Positions 49,316 through 60,582 of a stretch of 64,000 bases of DNA are shown here, one piece after another. The stretch spans positions 1 through 64,000 of the forward strand of contig NZ_SBIV01000009.1 of assembly GCF_004765795.1 (NCBI RefSeq), written 5' to 3'. The notes beneath the pieces are model-generated. The model was not told the origin of the DNA. It saw nothing but the letters and a program-made list of their open reading frames with translations, and ran no database searches. The position numbers and the translations under genes are program-made. The stretch is from Halorussus marinus. Its GTDB lineage: Archaea; Halobacteriota; Halobacteria; Halobacteriales; Haladaptataceae. Numbering within the stretch: the stretch's first letter is position 1; each line of letters begins with the position of its first letter.

Positions 49316-49687
49316 ATGGGCTCTGACGGACGCTACTGGCCGACGGCGACTCGGACGTACCACCGCGCGACCGACCCCTTCTCGAGGGCGAGCCGCGCCG
49401 AGCGAGCGCTCTGGGCGCTCGTGGCGGTCGGGCTCGTCGGCGATCTCGCCACGACCTACTACGGCCTCCAGCTCGGGCTGGTCGAGTCGAACCCGGTCGC
49501 CCGGGCCGCGATCGAGCGGTTCGGGTTCGCGGCGATGGGCGGGCTCAAACTGTTCGCGCTGGGCGTCGGGGTGGGCTGTCGCCGCCTGCTTCCCGACAGC
49601 CACGGCGCGCTGGTGCCGGCCGGGCTCGCGGTCCCGTGGCTGGCGGCCGCGGGTATCAACCTCTCGCTGTACGCGGCCGTGCTCTGA
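49316..49687 (+). CDS. DUF5658-like membrane protein
   Basis: DLATTYYGLQLGLVESNPVA...KL. Confidence 0.75.
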   Translation: MGSDGRYWPTATRTYHRATDPFSRASRAERALWALVAVGLVGDLATTYYGLQLGLVESNPVARAAIERFGFAAMGGLKLFALGVGVGCRRLLPDSHGALVPAGLAVPWLAAAGINLSLYAAVL

Positions 49688-49703
49688 GAAGACTGAAGCC
49701 GCG

Positions 49704-50171
49704 CTACTGGTTTGTCTGCTTCAGCGACAGGACCGTCCGGTCGAACTCACAGACCAGCGTCTCCTCGTCGTCGTCTCGGTCCACCGTGAACGCCTCGACG
49801 TGCATCGTCACGACGCCCCGTTCGCCGTCGGAGGTCTCGCGCTTGTCGGTCACGGTCGACTGCGCCCGGATGGTGTCGCCGTGGAAGACCGGGTTGGGGT
49901 GTTCGACCCCGTCGTACGAGAGGTTCGCGACGATCGTCCCGTCGGTGGTCTCGGGGATCGAGAGCCCGACCGCGAGACTCATGGTGTAGAGCCCGTTGAC
50001 GAGCCGGTCGCCGAACTCCGTGTCGGCGGCGAAGTCGGCGTCGAGGTGGAGGGGCTGTTGGTTCATCGTCATATCGCAGAACCGCTGGTTGTCGCTCTCG
50101 CTCACCGTCCGGCGTTTCTCGTGTTCGATGGTCTCGCCGACCTCGAACTCCTCGTAGTACAGTCCCGTCAC
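49704..50171 (-). CDS. MaoC-family (R)-enoyl-CoA hydratase/dehydratase
   Basis: GLYYEEFEVG, MNQQPLHLD, PVFHGDTI; GTG start. Confidence 0.9.
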   Translation of the reverse strand: MTGLYYEEFEVGETIEHEKRRTVSESDNQRFCDMTMNQQPLHLDADFAADTEFGDRLVNGLYTMSLAVGLSIPETTDGTIVANLSYDGVEHPNPVFHGDTIRAQSTVTDKRETSDGERGVVTMHVEAFTVDRDDDEETLVCEFDRTVLSLKQTNQ

Positions 50172-50330
50172 GACCGGGGGGTCGGCGCGCTCGGTCAAAA
50201 ACCCCGCCGGTTCGACGCCGGTGGCGCGCTCGCTTCCCGAGTATGGAGCGCCTACGACGGCGGTAATCGGCCCATAACAAAGGGTACGTCGGCGGTAACT
50301 CGGGATGCAGTCCGGTAACCGAGACAATCC

Positions 50331-51545
50331 ATGTCCGAAGACCGACGCCAGTTCGTGTGGGCGCGACCCGGAGGGGAACGTGAGCGCGCCGACTCGCCCG
50401 CCGGCCGGAACGCGGTGCCGAGGACACCGCAGGGCGACCAGCCCCCGGTCGGCGACAGCTCGGACGCACGCGGGGACCGACCCCCGCGTGTGCGTCCGGC
50501 GACGGGCGGCGCGACCGGGCGCGAAGCGGCGCGCCCGCCGAACGCGGCGTCGAGGGGCCCGACTGGCCGCCGATCGGACGATCCCCGAGTGCGGTTTCGA
50601 TTCCGGGCCCGCGGCCCGGTCGAGGTCGCATCCGCCGCGGGGGACCGAAGCGTGTACCTCGGTTGCGCGGACGGCTACGCGCGTGCGCTTGCCCCGGACG
50701 GCTCGGTCCGTTGGACCGTCCGGCTTGGCGGACGCGTCTCCGCGCCGTCGGTCGCCGACGGACTCGTCTACGCGGCGGCCGCCGACGGGACGGTGGTCGC
50801 GCTCGATCCGGCGACCGGGGAGCGCCGGTGGACGTTCGCGACCGGCCGGGAACTGCGGGCCGGGCCGGTCGTCGCCGACGGGACGGTGTACGTCGCGGGC
50901 GACGGCGGTCGGGTAACGGCCCTCCACGCCGAAGACGGGACGCGGGCCGGGAGCTTCCGGAACGCGGCCCGAGCCATCTGTGCGCTCGCGGTCGACGGCG
51001 ACCGCCTCTTTCTCGCGGGTCTCGACGGCGGCGCGTACGCCCACGACCGAACCGACGGTCGGGAACGCTGGCGGGTCGCGCCCGACGCGGCGGTCCACGG
51101 CGCCCCGACCGTCGAGGGCGAGACGGCCTACGTCGGCACCGTCGACGGCGGTCGAATCCGCGCCGTCTCCGCCGTCACGGGCCGAGAGCGGTGGCGATTC
51201 GACGCCGGCGCCGGCGTCTGGGCGTCACCCGCGGTCGTCGGCGACGCCGTCGTCGCGGGGAGCGCCGACGGCGCCGTCTACGCGCTCGACGCTCCAGACG
51301 GCGCCGAGCGATGGCGCATCGAGACCGGCGCCCGGATCTGGGCGTCGGCGGTCGTCGCGGACGGCACCGCGATCGTCGGCAACGAAGCGGGAGTCGTCTA
51401 CGCGATCGACATCGAGACCGGCTCCGTCGAGTGGCGCCATCGGCCCGGGGAGGCCGTGGTCGCGCCGGCCGCCGTCGCGGACGCGACGGTGTACGTCGCC
51501 GACCGCGGCGGGGCCGTCAGTGCGCTTTCGAAGGACGTACGTTGA
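50331..51545 (+). CDS. PQQ-like beta-propeller repeat protein
   Basis: Repeated ALDxxTGxxRW and SPAVxDG units. Confidence 0.8.
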   Translation: MSEDRRQFVWARPGGERERADSPAGRNAVPRTPQGDQPPVGDSSDARGDRPPRVRPATGGATGREAARPPNAASRGPTGRRSDDPRVRFRFRARGPVEVASAAGDRSVYLGCADGYARALAPDGSVRWTVRLGGRVSAPSVADGLVYAAAADGTVVALDPATGERRWTFATGRELRAGPVVADGTVYVAGDGGRVTALHAEDGTRAGSFRNAARAICALAVDGDRLFLAGLDGGAYAHDRTDGRERWRVAPDAAVHGAPTVEGETAYVGTVDGGRIRAVSAVTGRERWRFDAGAGVWASPAVVGDAVVAGSADGAVYALDAPDGAERWRIETGARIWASAVVADGTAIVGNEAGVVYAIDIETGSVEWRHRPGEAVVAPAAVADATVYVADRGGAVSALSKDVR

Positions 51546-51571
51546 AGGCCGGCCCGATCCGTTTTTTCGAT

Positions 51572-52429
51572 ATGGCTCGCAGAACGCTCCTGTTCACGCC
51601 GGGCGACCGCCCGGAGATGCTCCGCAAAGCGCCGAGCGCCGGCGCCGACGTGATCGTGTTCGACCTCGAAGACGCCGTCGCGCCGGGCCGGAAAGACGAG
51701 GCCCGCGAGGCGATACACGCGGTGCTGGCCGACCCCGAGTTCGCCCCCGACTGTGAGGTCTGCGTTCGGCTCAATCCGACCGGCATCGCGGCCGACGACG
51801 ACCTCAGCGGCGTGCTCGGCGAGGGCGCGGGCGAGACGCTCGACTCGGTGATGTTGCCCAAGACCGAGTCGCCCGACGACGCCGAGACGCTCGTCCGACT
51901 CCTCGACGAGCGCGACGCCGACGTTCCGATTCTGGCGCTGGTCGAGACCGCCGCCGGCGTGCTGGCGGCCCGGGAGATCGCGGCGGTGTCTGCGGTAGAC
52001 GCCCTCGCGTTCGGCGCCGAGGACCTGTCGGCCGACGTGGGCGCGACCCGAACGACCGAGGGAACGGAAGTGCTCTACGCCCGCGAGCACGTCGTCCTCG
52101 CGGCGAGCGCGGCCGGCGTCGACGCCATCGACACGATTCATACGGACATCGAGGACACCGATGGACTCGCCGAGGCGACCGAGTTCGCGATTCAGTTGGG
52201 GTACGACGGCAAGATGACGATCCACCCCGCGCAGGTACCGGTCGTCAACGAGGCGTTCACGCCCGACCCCGATCGGATCGAGTGGGCCGAGCGCGTCCTG
52301 TCGGCCAAGCGCGAGGCCGACGCCGACGACAGGGGCGTCTTCCGGGTCGACGGCGAGATGGTCGACGCGCCGCTGGTCGCACAAGCTAAGCGGGTGCTCG
52401 CGTACGCCCGCGCCGCCGACGAGGCCTGA
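51572..52429 (+). CDS. CitE/malyl-CoA lyase family (HpcH/HpaI) CoA-ester lyase
   Basis: RRTLLFTPG, DLEDAV, MLPK, FGAEDL, GKMTIHPAQV, GEMVDAP. Confidence 0.93.
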   Translation: MARRTLLFTPGDRPEMLRKAPSAGADVIVFDLEDAVAPGRKDEAREAIHAVLADPEFAPDCEVCVRLNPTGIAADDDLSGVLGEGAGETLDSVMLPKTESPDDAETLVRLLDERDADVPILALVETAAGVLAAREIAAVSAVDALAFGAEDLSADVGATRTTEGTEVLYAREHVVLAASAAGVDAIDTIHTDIEDTDGLAEATEFAIQLGYDGKMTIHPAQVPVVNEAFTPDPDRIEWAERVLSAKREADADDRGVFRVDGEMVDAPLVAQAKRVLAYARAADEA

Positions 52430-52449
52430 AACGCAGTCGATCGCCGGTC

Positions 52450-53751
52450 TCAGGGCCAGAGCCCGCGGACGCTCTTCGCCTCGGCGATCCGGTCGAGCGC
52501 GACGATGTAGGCGGCGTCGCGCCAGCTCACGTCGCGGGCTTCGACCTCGGCTCGAACGTCGTTCCACGCCGAGAGCATGTGGTCTTCGAGCTCCTCGTTG
52601 ACGCGTTCGAGCGACCACTGGCGACGGTTGATGTCCTGGAGCCACTCGAAGTACGACACCGTGACTCCGCCGGCGTTCGCGAGGATGTCGGGCACCACGT
52701 CGATGCCCCGCTCTTCGAGGATCGAGTCGGCGGCGAAGGTGGTCGGACCGTTGGCGCCCTCAACGACCACGTCAGCATCGACGTCGCCGGCGTTGTCGGC
52801 GGTGATGACGTTCCCGATCGCGGCCGGGATCAGCACGTCCACGTCGAGTTCGAGGATCTTCTCGTTCGAGAGCTTCTCGGGGGCGTCGTGAGTCATGACC
52901 GCTTCGGGCTGTTCCTCGTGGGAGGGGACCGCGTGGGTGTCGAGGCCGTCGGGGTCGTAGATCGCCCCATTGACGTCGCTGACCGCGACGACGTTCGCGC
53001 CCCAGTCGTCGAGCGCTCGGGCCGCGTTGGCTCCCACGCTCCCGAACCCCTGGACCGCCACCGTCGTCTCTTCGAGGTCCTGATCGTAGTAGTCGACGAC
53101 CTCGCGGGCGATGATAGCGACGCTCCGACCGGGAGCCTCCTCGCGGCCGTAGCTCCCGCCGATCACGGGCGGCTTGCCCGTGACCACGCCGGGGATCGTC
53201 TCGCCTTCCTGCATCGAGTAGGCGTCCATGAACCACGCCATCGTCTGGGCGTCGGTGCCCATGTCCGGCGCCGGGATGTCGCGTTTCGGGCCGATCGCGT
53301 CGCGGATCTCCTCGGCGAACCGGCGGGTGAGTCGCTCTTTTTCCTCGGTGCTCAGTTCCTTGGGGTTCACGACGATCCCGCCCTTGCCGCCGCCGAACGG
53401 CAGGTCCATCACCGCACACTTCCAGGTCATCCACATCGACAGCCCCACGCACTCTTTCTCGCTCACATGGGGGTGGAAGCGAAGCCCGCCCTTGTACGGG
53501 CCCCGGACGTCGTCGTGCTGGGCGCGGTAGCCCGTGTACACGTCGACGCTCCCGTCGTCGCGCTTGAGCGGCACCGCGACCCGGTGGACCTTCGTCGGGT
53601 GTTTGAGTCGCTCGATCACGCCGGGATCGACGTCGAGGTGGGCCGCGGCGTGCTCGAGTTGGCGGCGCGCGGTTTCGAGCGCGGACTCGGGCGCTTCGGT
53701 CTCCTCGTCGGTCCCGTGCTGTTCCGTGGATTCGGTTTTGCCTGAAGACAT
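52450..53751 (-). CDS. gdhB: Glutamate dehydrogenase
   Basis: [42 protein letters not shown]. Confidence 0.93.
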   Translation of the reverse strand: MSSGKTESTEQHGTDEETEAPESALETARRQLEHAAAHLDVDPGVIERLKHPTKVHRVAVPLKRDDGSVDVYTGYRAQHDDVRGPYKGGLRFHPHVSEKECVGLSMWMTWKCAVMDLPFGGGKGGIVVNPKELSTEEKERLTRRFAEEIRDAIGPKRDIPAPDMGTDAQTMAWFMDAYSMQEGETIPGVVTGKPPVIGGSYGREEAPGRSVAIIAREVVDYYDQDLEETTVAVQGFGSVGANAARALDDWGANVVAVSDVNGAIYDPDGLDTHAVPSHEEQPEAVMTHDAPEKLSNEKILELDVDVLIPAAIGNVITADNAGDVDADVVVEGANGPTTFAADSILEERGIDVVPDILANAGGVTVSYFEWLQDINRRQWSLERVNEELEDHMLSAWNDVRAEVEARDVSWRDAAYIVALDRIAEAKSVRGLWP

Positions 53752-54058
53752 GGTGTGTAGTCGCGTCGTCCGCCGACTCGCTGGGCTCGCCGCCCGGTCG
53801 GAGCGGCGAGCGTGTCGGTCCGGCGCGAGTCGCGCTGGCGGCGCGTCGTGGGGCAAAGGTTTCCGTAGCCGTATAAAATATTAATGCTATAGTTACGACT
53901 TAGGGCCTTATACACACACGTATGACGGATGCAGAATCGTAATCGTATTAACCGAAACGCCCGCTCGCGACCGTCTATGGCGCCGAGGCGGCCACTGGTT
54001 TCGGAAACGGTATCAGTCCCCGTCGTGACGGAGTAGGTGACGCCAGACAGTACCACCC

Positions 54059-55315
54059 ATGTCCGAGCAAGCAAACCCCTTCGAGAGCCTACAAGAACAG
54101 ATCGACGACGCCGCCGCGTACGTCGACGCCGACGACGACGTGCTGGCGCGTCTGAAACACCCTGAACGCGTCCTCGAAACCAACCTCTCGGTCGAGATGG
54201 ACGACGGTTCGGTCGAGGTGTTCAAGGCGTTCCGATCCCAGTTCAACGGCGACCGCGGCCCGTACAAGGGCGGCATCCGATACCACCCGGGCGTCTCGCG
54301 CGACGAAGTGAAGGCGCTCTCCGGGTGGATGGTCTACAAGTGCGCCATCGTCGACATCCCCTACGGCGGCGGCAAGGGCGGCATCGTCATCGACCCCAGC
54401 GAGTACAGCGAGGCCGAACTCGAACGGATCACCCGGTCGTTCGCGACGGAACTGCGGCCCCTGATCGGTGAGGACCGCGACATCCCCGCGCCCGACGTCA
54501 ACACCGGCCAGCGCGAGATGAACTGGATCAAAGACACCTACGAGACGCTGGAAAACACCACCGAGCCCGGCGTCATCACCGGCAAGGCCCTCGACAGCGG
54601 CGGGAGCGAAGGCCGGGTCGAGGCCACCGGTCGGTCGACGATGCTGACCGCCCGCGAGGCGTTCGACTACCTCGACAAGGAGATCGAGGGCGCGAGCGTC
54701 GCGGTGCAGGGCTACGGGAACGCCGGCTGGATCGCCGCGAAGCTCATCGACGACCTCGGTGCGAACGTCGTCGCGGTCAGCGACTCCAGCGGCGCCGTCT
54801 ACGACGAGGCGGGCTTCGATCCCCGCGACGTCAAAGACCACAAGAACGAGACCGGTAGCGTCACCGGCTACCCCGGTGCCGACGAGGAGTTCACGAACGA
54901 GGAACTGCTCACGCTCGACGTCGACCTGCTGGTCCCCGCCGCGCTGGAGAACGCCATCGACGGCGACCTCGCGGCCGACGTCGCGGCCGACGTGGTGGTC
55001 GAGGCCGCCAACGGGCCGCTCACGCCCGAGGCCGACGACGTGCTCGCCGACACCGACACCTACGTCTTCCCCGACATCCTCGCGAACGCCGGCGGGGTCA
55101 CGGTGTCGTACTTCGAGTGGGTCCAGAACCGCCAGCGGTTCTACTGGACCGAAGCGCGCGTCAACGAGGAACTCGAACGGGTCATCACTGACGCCTTCGA
55201 CGAACTGGTCGCCACCTACGACGAGACCGACGCTCCGACGATGCGAACCGCCGCGTACGCCGTCGCCATCGATCGCGTGCTCGGCGCGTACGAAGAGGGC
55301 GGCAACTGGCCCTGA
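54059..55315 (+). CDS. gdhA: Glutamate dehydrogenase (second paralog)
   Basis: [42 protein letters not shown]. Confidence 0.92.
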   Translation: MSEQANPFESLQEQIDDAAAYVDADDDVLARLKHPERVLETNLSVEMDDGSVEVFKAFRSQFNGDRGPYKGGIRYHPGVSRDEVKALSGWMVYKCAIVDIPYGGGKGGIVIDPSEYSEAELERITRSFATELRPLIGEDRDIPAPDVNTGQREMNWIKDTYETLENTTEPGVITGKALDSGGSEGRVEATGRSTMLTAREAFDYLDKEIEGASVAVQGYGNAGWIAAKLIDDLGANVVAVSDSSGAVYDEAGFDPRDVKDHKNETGSVTGYPGADEEFTNEELLTLDVDLLVPAALENAIDGDLAADVAADVVVEAANGPLTPEADDVLADTDTYVFPDILANAGGVTVSYFEWVQNRQRFYWTEARVNEELERVITDAFDELVATYDETDAPTMRTAAYAVAIDRVLGAYEEGGNWP

Positions 55316-55564
55316 AGCGGGGCTCTTTTGCACCCGTGCTCTTAATAGGTAGAGGCGGCCGAGATCATGTAGGCGTCGGAGTCCCGTCGTGTTCTTCTCG
55401 ATAGTCCGGACCGTCATCACCGCGGCGGATCGAACAGGACGACGTGAAAGTGAGGATGAGGATCTGGCCTCGATTTACCAAAATGTCTGTTCTGTGTTAT
55501 CGTTTGGATGGCGCCGTCCCCGTGAACGCCGAAACGTGACGGATGGCGGGTCGGGGCTCGGGGC

Positions 55565-56707
55565 TCACAGCCCGAGTTCGCGACCGATGACTAAGTGCTG
55601 GATCTCGCTGGTCCCCTCGCCGATCTCCATGAGCTTCGCATCCCGGAGGAACCGCTGGGGTGCAAAGTCCTCGGTGTAGCCGTAGCCTCCGAGCACCTGG
55701 ACGGCGTCTTCGGCCACCTCGCGGGCGGCCTCGCTGGCGTCGAGCTTCGCGAGGGCGCTCTCGTGGCTCACGCGCTCGCCCTGATCGTACGTCCAAGCGG
55801 CCTTGCGGGTCAGCAGGCGGGCCCGCTCTACCTTCCGGTCCATCGAGACCACCTTGTTTCGGATCGCGTCGAACTCCGAGATCGGGTGGCCGAACTGCTC
55901 GCGCTCGGTACTGTAGGCCTTGGCGGCCTCGAACGCCCCCTGAGCGAGCCCGGTCGAGAGCGCGGCGATCGAGATGCGACCGCCGTCGAGGGTCTTTTTG
56001 GTCTGGTCCCAGCCCTCGCCCATCTCGCCGAGAAGCCGGTCCTCGGAGAGGCGCACGTCGTCGAGCCGGATCTCGCAGGTCGGCGAGGCGTTTAACCCCA
56101 TCTTGTCCCAGACGGTGGTGACCTCGAAGCCGTCGTCTTCCTCGGGGTCGACGATGAACGTCGAGATGCCGTCGTAGCCGGCCTCCGAATCGGTGACCGC
56201 CTTCACGAGCACCGAGCCGGCGACGTTGGCGTTGGTGATGAACTGCTTGGTGCCGTTGAGCACCCACTCGTCGCCGTCCCGTTCGGCGGTGGTGTCCATG
56301 TCGCTGGCGTCCGACCCCGAGCCGGGTTCGGTCAGCGCCCACGCGCCCAGATGCTCGCCCTCCGCGAGCGGCCGGAGCCACCGCTCTTTCTGGGCGTCGG
56401 TGCCGAACAGCTCGATCGGCTTGGTCGCAAGCGAGACGTGGGCGGCGTACGAGAGCCCGACGGAGCCCGAGACCCGGCCGAGCTCCTCGGCGACCAGCGA
56501 GTACATGAGCTGGTCGCCCCCGAGCCCGCCGTACTCCTCGGAGACCGGCACGCCCATCACGTCGAGGTCCGCGAGCTGATCGAAGATCTCGGCGGGAAAG
56601 CGGTGTTCGTCTTCGATCTCCTGTGCGATGGGTTCGATCTCCGCCTCGCAGAACTCCCGGACGGTGTCCCGGATCATCCGATGCTCGTCGGGAAGGCTGA
56701 AGTCCAT
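55565..56707 (-). CDS. Acyl-CoA dehydrogenase
   Basis: ALTEPGSGSD, GTKQFITN, REQFG, GGYGY, IGEGTSEIQ. Confidence 0.95.
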   Translation of the reverse strand: MDFSLPDEHRMIRDTVREFCEAEIEPIAQEIEDEHRFPAEIFDQLADLDVMGVPVSEEYGGLGGDQLMYSLVAEELGRVSGSVGLSYAAHVSLATKPIELFGTDAQKERWLRPLAEGEHLGAWALTEPGSGSDASDMDTTAERDGDEWVLNGTKQFITNANVAGSVLVKAVTDSEAGYDGISTFIVDPEEDDGFEVTTVWDKMGLNASPTCEIRLDDVRLSEDRLLGEMGEGWDQTKKTLDGGRISIAALSTGLAQGAFEAAKAYSTEREQFGHPISEFDAIRNKVVSMDRKVERARLLTRKAAWTYDQGERVSHESALAKLDASEAAREVAEDAVQVLGGYGYTEDFAPQRFLRDAKLMEIGEGTSEIQHLVIGRELGL

Positions 56708-56845
56708 GGGCAAAAATTGCGCGAGCGACGTATTAAAAACAGCGAAGGGTCGGGCGCCGGCGGGCCGCGACTCTGATCTCTCGGAGCGTGGGGCTCGAAC
56801 GCCCGGAGTCCGAAACGTTTTGCGAGTCGCCGGAGACGACACGCC

Positions 56846-57787
56846 ATGGCGAGCGCGCTGGAGACGGTTCGAACCGCGATCGAGTGGCTGGCGGCCTCGG
56901 CGGTCGCCGACCTGCTGGCGGCGACGCTGATCGTGATCCTCGGGTGGTACCTCGGCCGGCTCGCGGTCCGGGTCGTCGGCCGGTCGGTCGCCCGGCGGTT
57001 CCAGCGACCGAGCCTGACCAAGACGGTGTTAGGCGCGATTCGGGGGGTCGTGATGATCGGGGCGGTGATCGCGGCCGCGCGCGTCCTGAACTTCCGGGGG
57101 ACCGAGATCCTGCTGTCGGTGACCGTGTTCTCGGCGGTGCTTGGCCTCGTGCTCGCGCCGATCGTCGGGAGCGTCATCAACGGCCTGTTCATCCTCGCCG
57201 ACCAGCCCTACGAGATCGGCGACATGATCGAGCTGGTCGACCGGGGCAAACAGGGGTACGTCGAGGACATCACGATCCGGTACACCAAGATCTTCACGTT
57301 GGAGAACACGTTCCTCGTGATTCCGAACGCGAACATGCGCGAGCGCGACGTCATCAACTACTCCGCGGAGGACACCCGGTCGCGGCTCTCGCTCACCCTG
57401 CTGGTGACCTACGAGAGCGACGTCGAGGCGGCCCGCGCCATCATGGAGCGGGCGGCCCGCGAGACGACCGAGGTCGTCGAGGGCGGACCGGACATCCGCG
57501 TGGGGAGCGCGCGCTACCCGTCGGCGCCGGTCACCTACATCAAAGAGTTCGCCGACCACGGGGTGTTGCTCGACCTGCGCTACTGGGTCAAAGAGCCCTA
57601 CTACATGGGTCGAGTCGAGTCGAAGCTCAACGAACGCATCTGGGACGAACTCGAGGGCGCGGACGTCGAGATCGCCTACCCCCACAGCCACCTCGTGTTC
57701 GACGAGACCAGCGGCACCGCTCGGGTCGAGATCGACCGCGACGGGCCACACCGATCGGCTCGGGGGGAGTCCGACGCCTCGGACTGA
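56846..57787 (+). CDS. Small-conductance mechanosensitive channel (MscS family)
   Basis: GLFILADQPYEIGD, IPNA, INYS, IAYPH. Confidence 0.92.
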   Translation: MASALETVRTAIEWLAASAVADLLAATLIVILGWYLGRLAVRVVGRSVARRFQRPSLTKTVLGAIRGVVMIGAVIAAARVLNFRGTEILLSVTVFSAVLGLVLAPIVGSVINGLFILADQPYEIGDMIELVDRGKQGYVEDITIRYTKIFTLENTFLVIPNANMRERDVINYSAEDTRSRLSLTLLVTYESDVEAARAIMERAARETTEVVEGGPDIRVGSARYPSAPVTYIKEFADHGVLLDLRYWVKEPYYMGRVESKLNERIWDELEGADVEIAYPHSHLVFDETSGTARVEIDRDGPHRSARGESDASD

Positions 57788-57806
57788 GGCCGCCGGGAAC
57801 CCGGCG

Positions 57807-58208
57807 TCAGGACTCGACGGTGAGGACCTCGGCGTCGAGTTGCTCGCGCAGAAACCGCTCGATGTCGGGGTTGGCGGTCAGCGCCCGGAACATCCGTCGC
57901 CACCGCCCGACCTGCTTGTGGCCGATGACGACCACGTCCGCCCGCTCGGCCGCGACCTCTTCGAGGATCGTCTCCTCGACGAGGAACCCCTCTCGGACCA
58001 CGTAGCGCGTCCGCGAGAGGCCCTCGAACGCCGATTCGACCGCGCGCTTTAACTGCCCGCGGGTCACGTCCCGACCCCTGTGGTAGAGGTTGACGTGGAG
58101 GACGGTGAGCGTGGCGTCGCGCTGGTCGGCCACGCGGATCGCCTCCGCGAGGGTCCGTCTGGAGTGGCGAGTCAGCGGGTACCGGACGGGGACGACGACG
58201 CGAGTCAT
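57807..58208 (-). CDS. Universal stress protein
   Basis: VVVPV, TLTVLHV, ILEEVA..ADVVVIG. Confidence 0.85.
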   Translation of the reverse strand: MTRVVVPVRYPLTRHSRRTLAEAIRVADQRDATLTVLHVNLYHRGRDVTRGQLKRAVESAFEGLSRTRYVVREGFLVEETILEEVAAERADVVVIGHKQVGRWRRMFRALTANPDIERFLREQLDAEVLTVES

Positions 58209-58235
58209 GTCGGCTCTCACGCCGCCAAAGCCCTT

Positions 58236-59618
58236 CTATCGCTCGGCTCCGGGCGTCCGGCCGGCCGCCCCGGCGGTCTCGACGATCCGGCCGTCGACGG
58301 TCGGGTCCACGCCCGTCTCCCGGGCGTACTCGACGAGCACCTCGTACTGGATCCCGTGGCGCTCGACCCGGAGGTCCTCGCCCAGCGAGGGGAACTCGTC
58401 GTCGGTGTGGAGCACGTAGTCCGAGAGCGCGACCGAGTAGGTCCGGTCGGGATCGAGGGGGTCGCCGTCGACCCGGACGGACTCGACGGTGCAGGCGGTC
58501 GGGTCCCACGCGATCTGGGCGCCGCTGATCTGGGCGTGCCACCAGTCCGGTTCGGCGAAGTCGAGGTCCGGGCCCGCGGCCCACTCGAACGCCGACCGGA
58601 GCGCCGATCCCGGCACCTCGGCGACGACGACCCGCTCCTCGAAGGGGATGACGCTCACCAGATCGGCCGCGGTCACCTCGCCCGCGATCGCGTCGCCGGT
58701 CCGGACCCCGCCGGCGTTCTGGAGGCCGACCGCGGCGCCGGTCGCCCACCGGTAGGCGTCGGCGACGAAGTTGCCCAGTCGGTTCTCCCCCCCGAACAGC
58801 GTGGTCTCGGCGCGGTCGATGGGGTCGGCCACCTCGCCGACGGTCTCGTCGAGGCCGGCCTCGGCGAGGCGGGCGCGCATCGCCGACGCGACCGCCTCGT
58901 CGACCGGGGCGTCCGCGACCGGGTGGCGAGTCACCTCGCCGGTCGCCAGGTCGACTTCGAGGACGACCGACCCGCCGTCGCCGGGTCGGGTGAGCAGCGT
59001 GCCGTCGATCCGGTCGCGGCGCTCTGTCGGGACGTGACCGCCGAGGATGGCGTCGGCGTCGACCGCCCGCGCAAGGTCTTCGTCGCCCCGGCCGAGGTGC
59101 GAGAGCACCACCGCGTAGTCGGCGTCGAGGCCCGCGAGCGCCTCGCGAGCGCCCGCGATCGGGTCGCGGAACTCCAGATCGGTCGCGAAGGGGTTGAGCG
59201 AGGCGGTCCGCGGGGTGGTGACGCCGACGAACCCCACCGTCGCGGCGCCGGCGTCCAGCGTCGTCGCGGGCGCGACGCCGACGTCGGCGCCGAACTGTCC
59301 GCCGTCGCCCGTCCGCACGTTCGCGCTCACCCACGTCTGGGGCGAGTCGGCGATCAGTTCGGCAAGCGCCGCCCGGCCGTGGTCGAACTCGTGGTTGCCG
59401 AACGTCTCGACGTCCGGGTCGACCGCCTCGTAGAAGTCAAGCGCCTGCGCGCCCTCCTCGACGAGCGCGAGCACGCCCGGGGAGGTGTTGTCGCCCGATC
59501 CGACGATCAGGGTGTCCTCGTCGGCGCGCTCTCGGAGCAGTCCGGCGAGCCGACCGGCCCGTTCGGGGGAGTCGTAGACGTTCTCGACGTCGGAGTAGTG
59601 GAGGAGGCGGGGCGCCAT
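58236..59618 (-). CDS. Metallophosphoesterase / 5'-nucleotidase
   Basis: HYSDVE, GSGD, FGNHEFD, LSHLG, GGH, NAGGVR. Confidence 0.9.
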   Translation of the reverse strand: MAPRLLHYSDVENVYDSPERAGRLAGLLRERADEDTLIVGSGDNTSPGVLALVEEGAQALDFYEAVDPDVETFGNHEFDHGRAALAELIADSPQTWVSANVRTGDGGQFGADVGVAPATTLDAGAATVGFVGVTTPRTASLNPFATDLEFRDPIAGAREALAGLDADYAVVLSHLGRGDEDLARAVDADAILGGHVPTERRDRIDGTLLTRPGDGGSVVLEVDLATGEVTRHPVADAPVDEAVASAMRARLAEAGLDETVGEVADPIDRAETTLFGGENRLGNFVADAYRWATGAAVGLQNAGGVRTGDAIAGEVTAADLVSVIPFEERVVVAEVPGSALRSAFEWAAGPDLDFAEPDWWHAQISGAQIAWDPTACTVESVRVDGDPLDPDRTYSVALSDYVLHTDDEFPSLGEDLRVERHGIQYEVLVEYARETGVDPTVDGRIVETAGAAGRTPGAER

Positions 59619-59709
59619 TACCGATCCGTTGTCAGGGTCGCGGTATGACTCCTTCGAGACGGTCCCGGAGTCAGTACGCCTAAGCCCCTCGACCGACTAC
59701 GCGGGTGTG

Positions 59710-59949
59710 ATGAACGCGACCACGACCGGCGACGGCGAGACGGTGTACGTCGCCCGCGAGGAAGACGAGCGCGGCTCGAAGGGGCCGTTTTTCGTCGTCT
59801 ACCGCGGCGAGGACCGCGAGCGCCGGTACGGCTACTTCTGTGGCAACTGCGAGCGGATCGACAACGCGATGGACGCGATGGGTCGCATCGAGTGTAACGT
59901 CTGTGGCAACATCCGCAAGCCGACCGAGTGGGACGCCGCCCACGAGTAG
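59710..59949 (+). CDS. Small zinc-binding protein (DUF5816-like)
   Basis: GSKGPF..YGYFCGNC..MDAMGRIECNVCGN..WDAAHE. Confidence 0.82.
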   Translation: MNATTTGDGETVYVAREEDERGSKGPFFVVYRGEDRERRYGYFCGNCERIDNAMDAMGRIECNVCGNIRKPTEWDAAHE

Positions 59950-59991
59950 CCCGGCCACTCGACTTTTACTCGGCGTCGCCGAACGACCACT

Positions 59992-60525
59992 ATGTCAGAG
60001 GTACGCGAGGGCGTCGTCGAGGAACTCGACGAGCACAGCGAGACGATGACGCTTCGGGAGTTCGTCCAGACGGTCGAGCGACGTCACCCGAGCGATCGAC
60101 GCGGGATCGACCCGGATCTGCTGGCGGCGTACGCCGAGGCGGTCTACTTCGACGTCGATCTCGGGGCGCTCGACGACCGGGTGACCGACAGCGAGTCGTG
60201 GTCCGAGGGCGAACGCTTCTACGAGGTCGGCGACGGACGGATCAGCGCGTACCCGCCCGACTGGCACGACGCGATGGACGGGATCGACGACATCCGCGAC
60301 GTGGTCGAACTCATCCAGACCGAGGTCGCCGACGCCGAAGGCGACATGTGGGGTGCGGTCACCGAAGAGCGCGGCGTCCCCGAGTCGAAGGTGCTGGCGG
60401 TCGGCGAGACCGTCGCGAACATCGACAGAGAGGCCGCCCGCGAGCGAATCAAGGAACTGCGCCAGAACGGCGAGATCGAGGAGTTCGCGTCCCAACACCG
60501 GAATCCGACGATCCGTCTCTCGTAG
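59992..60525 (+). CDS. Acidic hypothetical protein
   Basis: 177 aa with haloarchaeal acidic composition; TTTTAC about 25 nt upstream. Confidence 0.75.
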   Translation: MSEVREGVVEELDEHSETMTLREFVQTVERRHPSDRRGIDPDLLAAYAEAVYFDVDLGALDDRVTDSESWSEGERFYEVGDGRISAYPPDWHDAMDGIDDIRDVVELIQTEVADAEGDMWGAVTEERGVPESKVLAVGETVANIDREAARERIKELRQNGEIEEFASQHRNPTIRLS

Positions 60526-60582
60526 CCCGGGCCGGTCGGTCGCAAGAAAGTTTATTACCCCGTCGGTCGTAGCCGAACGTGG

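Noticed and set aside
53900..53912. TTAGGGCCTTATA as another operator palindrome
   Set aside because: Spacing and right half do not match TTAGG-N4-CCTAA; more likely part of the gdh promoter.
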